IMG/VR virus record: IMGVR_UViG_3300024313_000004
Coordinates: 70,596 to 134,595 of that record
Length of the DNA: 64,000 nucleotides
Reading direction: 5' to 3' (one strand)
Origin: a virus
Part shown: positions 59,198 to 64,000 of the stretch, piece by piece
Layout: each line of letters opens with the position of its first letter
Position numbering within the stretch: the stretch's first letter is position 1
The notes under the pieces: generated by a model
Seen by the model: the letters and a program-made list of their open reading frames with translations, nothing else
What the model was told of the DNA's origin: nothing
The model's database searches: none
Translations under genes and position numbers: made by a program

Positions 59198-60523
59198 ATG
59201 GGAAAACTAATAAATCTTAACGAGAACGAAAGTCAAACTTTACTTGATGAAATATTCAAAAATGAAATTATTGTATTTGAGGATGTACAAGGGTCTAAAA
59301 TATGGGTAAACTGGAATGGTAATGAATTTATCATTAAGCCAAAATCCATAAACAATCAAGAAATAAACCTTGTTGATTTAGCAATGCAGAATTATTATAA
59401 TCCTGCAATAGATTATCTAAATTCCTTAGATATAAGAGTTAAATCACTTCTCAATAAAAAATGGTGGTTTTGTTTCGAATATTTTCCTGATAACCAACCT
59501 GCAAATATCGAATATGAAAGAATACCAACTAACAACTTGGTATTAAGCAGTATATATAAAAATGGTAAATATGATTTCATCATAGATGAGATAGATGAAT
59601 ATGCCAGATTATTTGGAGTGGATATGTTACCAATAATTTTTCAAGGTATCTTATCCGAAAGAATGATTGAGGCAGTTAAATATTTCTTAAACACAAGTGA
59701 GGAAGATTTGGAATATGTTTTTGGTGAGAAGAGTTTTGCATTTTTCTTTTATAAGATATTGAATCCATCTTCAGAAAATTCTTTTTTAATGTATGATGAC
59801 TTCCAATCTAATATAGAGAAGTTAATAATAAGATCAAATCATAATGATGTATCATTTGAATTATTAAACCCATTATACAAAAGAGTAAGTGACTCAAATA
59901 GTACAGATTTTGTTGAGATATATACACTTATATTGATAAACTTTTTAAATTTCTGTCAAAGTATAGACTTAAAAGATATGAAAGTAAAAGGTCATAGAAA
60001 AGATGATATCTATATCTATTTAATATGTCGTCTTTTCAACTTATATGTTGGTGATTTAAAACAAGATTTATTAGATTTTGATTTCGTAGTTCCTCAATTT
60101 TTTGACAAAGAAAAGTTTAAGATAAATACAGAACTTATAGAAAATAAATTAACAAAGGAATATATTTCAGATAGTCCAAAATTGGAATATATCTTTAAGG
60201 TTATATTAGGATCATTCAATAAAAAGAGGAAAAAACCAATCGGTGTTTTTACTGAAAATACAGTTAAACTTTTTAATTTATTTGTTGATGATATTAGTAA
60301 ATATATTGATAATCACTTAAATAAAATACATGAGTTAGAACTAAATAGATCAGGTTTATTGGATTTTGATGATTTCTTCTCTATTAAATATGATGTTGAT
60401 GGTGAGGGTAATACATACCCTGATGTTTATGATGAATTTACCAAAGGTGGTACAAATGATAAGAAGAAAAAGGGTAAGGGTAAAGGTCCCGTAATTCCAG
60501 AAAATCAAGAAGAACCCAAATAA
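59198..60523 (+). CDS. RNA-ligase-fold (Rnl2-like) protein with altered catalytic motifs
   Basis: FEDVQGSK in place of EKxDG, CFEYF, EKLIIR, FELLNP. Confidence 0.5.
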   Translation: MGKLINLNENESQTLLDEIFKNEIIVFEDVQGSKIWVNWNGNEFIIKPKSINNQEINLVDLAMQNYYNPAIDYLNSLDIRVKSLLNKKWWFCFEYFPDNQPANIEYERIPTNNLVLSSIYKNGKYDFIIDEIDEYARLFGVDMLPIIFQGILSERMIEAVKYFLNTSEEDLEYVFGEKSFAFFFYKILNPSSENSFLMYDDFQSNIEKLIIRSNHNDVSFELLNPLYKRVSDSNSTDFVEIYTLILINFLNFCQSIDLKDMKVKGHRKDDIYIYLICRLFNLYVGDLKQDLLDFDFVVPQFFDKEKFKINTELIENKLTKEYISDSPKLEYIFKVILGSFNKKRKKPIGVFTENTVKLFNLFVDDISKYIDNHLNKIHELELNRSGLLDFDDFFSIKYDVDGEGNTYPDVYDEFTKGGTNDKKKKGKGKGPVIPENQEEPK

Positions 60524-60735
60524 TGAAATCTATAGATTTAAAGATGACCTCTGTTGAAGTAAAAACAGAGACAAGGCCTTTGCGTTCCAAATGGACTCGT
60601 GAAATGGCTGCGGATTTACAAAGCATACATATGGACGATGCTTCTGAAATTGAGGCAACTCTTATGAAAGAGTGGCGGAATATGACCAGAACTTCTGTTC
60701 GAAGATTGAAGGTTCGTAAAATCTACAAATTTTGA
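60523..60735 (+). CDS. 70-aa gp23-like capsid fragment plus RRLKVRKI helix
   Basis: EVKTETRPLRSKWTREMAADLQSIH.DDASEIE resembles gp23 VxAKSRxLKAxYxxELAQDLxAVHGxDAxxEL. Confidence 0.65.
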   Translation: MKSIDLKMTSVEVKTETRPLRSKWTREMAADLQSIHMDDASEIEATLMKEWRNMTRTSVRRLKVRKIYKF

Positions 60736-62006
60736 AAACATATCCAACTAAAATGGATATAAATCTTATGAATGTAAAATCAGTTTTACCACTATCTAAA
60801 ATAAGTGGATATTCCAATATTAGAAAAAAGTTAGAAGATAAAAAAAATAGTCTTCAGTTCTTACCAGAATCACTGGAAGAGTTTTCAAAAACTAAAACTT
60901 TTGTCTATAAAAATAAAAAGTTAAAGGTTGCATATATAATTGATATAATACATAATCTAATATTAAAATACTATTTTAAAAAGGATAATAGATTCCATTT
61001 GATGTCGACGATTCTTAAAGAGAAGTATGGACACTTATATAACTATTATATGGACTATCTAATAGAAAATAATACCATTACAATGATTGTCAATTATAAG
61101 GCAGGCAGAAATTCAAAAGTTTATAAAATATCAGAAACTATATTAAAAGGTAAAATCAAAAGATATATAAATAGTGATAATATACTCTTAAAGAAATATA
61201 AGAATAAAGTATCACAAGTTGAAGAAGTTGGTATTAAGAATAATAGTCTAATTGATAATGATATAAAAGCGATGCTTGTCGATGATTTATTCTATACTAA
61301 AATAGAATTTGATAAGGCAATCTTCTACCTAGATAACTTACAACATAATGATACTGATATTTACAATAGAAATAGATATTCTGTTGAGTGTGTAAATGAT
61401 AAACATATATTTTATCATTTCGATGGTTATGGTAGAATGCACACAAACTTTACTATATTAAAATCTTTTATTAGAAAGAATTGTCTTTTATTAGATGGTG
61501 AAGAAACACATGAAATAGATATTGCAAATAGTCAACCACTATTTCTAACTAAAATAATATCAGATAGTGATTCTAAATGGGTAAATAAAGATGAGTTTGA
61601 ATTATTTAAAAATCTAACAATAAATGGTAATTACTACCAATATGTAATGAGTAATTTAAAAACCAATGATAAACCAATGGTCAAAGAAATGACGTATAAA
61701 GTTCTTTTTGGTAGAAATATACATAATAGTAAGGCGGATAAAATATTTAAAGAGTTATTTCCAACCATACATAATTTTATTAAATTATATAAGAAAGAGA
61801 AGGGTGATTATAAAGTACTTGCATATGAATTACAAAAAGCAGAATCTAATCTTATTTTTAATAAAATAATAAGAGAAGTTAAAAATACTTACCCAGAAAT
61901 TAAAATAATTACAGTACACGATAGTATAATTATACCAAGAAAAATGAAAGATAAAGTAGAAATAATTTTCAAAACAAAATTATTTGAAGAATTTCAACTT
62001 TTTTAA
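60732..62006 (+). CDS. Compact family-A-like polymerase (TV-Pol-like)
   Basis: YGRMHTN, motif A EIDIANSQP, motif B VKEMTYKVLFG, motif C ITVHDS. Confidence 0.65.
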   Translation: MKTYPTKMDINLMNVKSVLPLSKISGYSNIRKKLEDKKNSLQFLPESLEEFSKTKTFVYKNKKLKVAYIIDIIHNLILKYYFKKDNRFHLMSTILKEKYGHLYNYYMDYLIENNTITMIVNYKAGRNSKVYKISETILKGKIKRYINSDNILLKKYKNKVSQVEEVGIKNNSLIDNDIKAMLVDDLFYTKIEFDKAIFYLDNLQHNDTDIYNRNRYSVECVNDKHIFYHFDGYGRMHTNFTILKSFIRKNCLLLDGEETHEIDIANSQPLFLTKIISDSDSKWVNKDEFELFKNLTINGNYYQYVMSNLKTNDKPMVKEMTYKVLFGRNIHNSKADKIFKELFPTIHNFIKLYKKEKGDYKVLAYELQKAESNLIFNKIIREVKNTYPEIKIITVHDSIIIPRKMKDKVEIIFKTKLFEEFQLF

Positions 62007-62051
62007 GTTAATATATAACATATGTCGTAATTAAATATTTATATATAAACT

Positions 62052-62606
62052 ATGCTAGGATTAGAAAAACCAAACACATCATACATTCTTATCTCTTCTG
62101 ATAAACTAGATCAGATGACATCAGTTTTATATGCTAAAAATTATCAAATACTGACATTAAAGGGATATTTTGAGGGTAAGTTCGAAGATTCTATAATGGC
62201 GTTTAGTAAAGGTGATAACGAAGATTTAAGAAATGATACACTTTTCATATTAAATCAGTTTCATGAGAATAATGCAATTATAAAATATTTAGGAGAGTCT
62301 GATACAAAGAAGATTTTCAAAAATGGATCTGAAAATCCGATGGAAATACTAATGTATAATACCAATGAATCAAATAAATCATACTTGTACAATGGTATAT
62401 CATTTTCATTTATAGAAAAAACTAGATACTGGAAACCTAGAAATCAAGATGATCTTAAAATAGGAATGATTGTGGAATATCAGAACAATAATAAATGGTA
62501 CGAAAGAATCGTTAGGAATCCTAAAGAGGAATGGGATAAACTATATAAGTTACTTACTAAATATGATAAAGTAAGAATTGCCACAGAAAAACTTCAATAT
62601 ACATAA
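62052..62606 (+). CDS. Hypothetical protein
   Basis: ORF track; late motif upstream. Confidence 0.55.
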   Translation: MLGLEKPNTSYILISSDKLDQMTSVLYAKNYQILTLKGYFEGKFEDSIMAFSKGDNEDLRNDTLFILNQFHENNAIIKYLGESDTKKIFKNGSENPMEILMYNTNESNKSYLYNGISFSFIEKTRYWKPRNQDDLKIGMIVEYQNNNKWYERIVRNPKEEWDKLYKLLTKYDKVRIATEKLQYT

Positions 62607-62630
62607 AAAGCACTCAACGAGTGCTTTTTT
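62606..62630. terminator. Bidirectional intrinsic terminator
   Basis: AAAA-GCACTC-AAC-GAGTGC-TTTTTT. Confidence 0.8.
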
Positions 62631-63372
62631 ATTTTACAGTAAACCATACATATTGCCTTTCCCAATTTGAAGTTTCTTTTAGATAAAAAGTATTGTCAGT
62701 TAAACTTTTAACGCATATAATACCGCCTTGATCTATTCTTCCACCACGAGCAACTATAATCTTATTTGGACTAATTTTTTCTTCGAAAATTATAGAAAGA
62801 TTGGTGAGCATTCCATTTGATCCAATGTTATACTCGTTGAACCAATGCCAGTTGTTTCTACCCACAATCACTGCGGTTCCCGGACCTATTCTTCCGAAGG
62901 AAGCGATGAGGTTAGACGCATACATTATCTTCGTTACTATCCTTCTGAAGTTAAGTCCGTTGTTCTGCTCTAATGTTCTATTTGGATCATTCATCACAAC
63001 ATAATCAGTACTTAGATAATGTTTTTGTTTTGTATGTTTTTCTAAAAATGTTATTAAATTATTATATAAACTCTCATCATCTACAAACGGATTTGATTGA
63101 GCATTTATAGACATAATCTTTGGAGATATTGTCACCATCAATCCTTCTTCAGAAGTAGAAATTGTTTCTGATGTGTAGTCACCATTCTCTTCATCCACCT
63201 CATCCAACACTATATCTATAGAAAGGTTTCTTTTCTTTCTTTTCACCTCTCTTCTAGTCTCATCGTCTTCTACAATCATGTCCGTATACATCATTTGTAC
63301 TATTGGACACATACTCTTATTTTGTTCGGAGAAGTTACAGAGTGATTTTAACCTGTCGTTAAAAGTTATCAT
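62629..63372 (-). CDS. Condensed major-capsid paralog with KRNLSIDIVL helix
   Basis: RRIVTKIMYASNLIASFGRIGP versus MCP RKLITKIAHASNYIATEGRVGP (13/22 identical). Confidence 0.8.
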   Translation of the reverse strand: MITFNDRLKSLCNFSEQNKSMCPIVQMMYTDMIVEDDETRREVKRKKRNLSIDIVLDEVDEENGDYTSETISTSEEGLMVTISPKIMSINAQSNPFVDDESLYNNLITFLEKHTKQKHYLSTDYVVMNDPNRTLEQNNGLNFRRIVTKIMYASNLIASFGRIGPGTAVIVGRNNWHWFNEYNIGSNGMLTNLSIIFEEKISPNKIIVARGGRIDQGGIICVKSLTDNTFYLKETSNWERQYVWFTVK

Positions 63373-64000
63373 ATTTATATTTCAATCCTGATTTTGGTAT
63401 TACACTATTTATAACCTTCTGTAGTTCTTCTTTTGACATAGGACTAAGTTTTTGAAGAAGTTGTAGATTTCTTTGGTACCATTTCATATCTGGTGCTAAT
63501 CTTTCATGATATATATGGTAACACTTAGCGGTATTTTCATAATAGCTTAAGAAGTTTTTAACCTTAACAGATTGAAAATCATCTTCACCACCCCAACCAA
63601 TAAATTCCTCGTGCCATCCACCAATTCTATGTATTGCATCTTTCCTGAAAATACAGATACCCCCACACAAAGGAACTTTTTGTATATCAGTTTCACCTCT
63701 ACCAGGTCTGTCAATTTTCATAATTTTATCAAGACCCATAGAAGATTCTTGTTGATTTAGATCGATAACAGAATTATATGGATTTACCATTTCATATTTT
63801 TCCATCATCTGAACAGATTTAATAAATTCTTGTGGATCCATTATTAAGTCAGAATCACCGAAAATTATAATATCAGAATTTGAATATTTCAAACCAACAT
63901 TAAATCCCCAAGATTTATTAAAAGGCATATTTGATTTTAAGAAAATATGTCTACAAGAAAGTTTGGTATCTTTTATTTTAGAGTGTTTATCTTGCTCGAC
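63359..64000 (-). CDS. GT-A glycosyltransferase (GT2/GT7-like), 5' end beyond window
   Basis: Frame open to edge (VEQDKHSK..); FNKSWGFNVG, FGDSD, GGWHEEFIGWGGEDD. Confidence 0.85.
   Translation of the reverse strand, partial: VEQDKHSKIKDTKLSCRHIFLKSNMPFNKSWGFNVGLKYSNSDIIIFGDSDLIMDPQEFIKSVQMMEKYEMVNPYNSVIDLNQQESSMGLDKIMKIDRPGRGETDIQKVPLCGGICIFRKDAIHRIGGWHEEFIGWGGEDDFQSVKVKNFLSYYENTAKCYHIYHERLAPDMKWYQRNLQLLQKLSPMSKEELQKVINSVIPKSGLKYKYDNF

Noticed and set aside
1-64000. tRNA genes, introns, integrase/transposase, diversity-generating retroelement
   Set aside because: No cloverleaf other than the tmRNA tRNA-like domain, no split core gene, and no recombinase or reverse-transcriptase motifs seen by eye

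Overview
This very AT-rich 64-kb window is the virion-morphogenesis region of a large T4-like contractile-tailed phage (myovirus), probably infecting Bacteroidota. Host evidence: A-rich leaders without Shine-Dalgarno, TAnnTTTG promoter elements, Bacteroidota-style ClpS and DUF6576-like protein, and a tmRNA tag resuming on Gly. It encodes the T4-like core: large terminase, candidate small terminase, portal, fused prohead protease-scaffold, major capsid protein (MCP), a doubled-size tail sheath, tail tube, gp15/gp25/gp26/gp51/gp2/gp4-like genes, a clamp loader, an Mre11/gp47-like nuclease and a minimal gp55-like late sigma factor. A [TA][TA]ATATATA motif precedes more than 20 genes. Four patterns stand out among the accessory genes. 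(1) At least five ORFs are fragments of the MCP or prohead-protease folds, each joined to a shared R-x-x-K-[ILV]-x-x-[ILV] helix. (2) More than a dozen proteins, including an adenylate cyclase, a nucleotidyltransferase, a GNAT and an NFACT-R protein, carry a motif resembling the T4 capsid-targeting sequence. (3) A TibC/Aah-like O-glycosyltransferase and two other glycosyltransferases lie beside a Pro-free (Gly-Thr-Ser)n collagen-like fibre gene. (4) A ribosome-rescue/proteolysis set is present: tmRNA with a non-canonical 27-aa tag, NFACT-R, RNase R and ClpS. All family calls come from motif recognition by eye; no database search was run.
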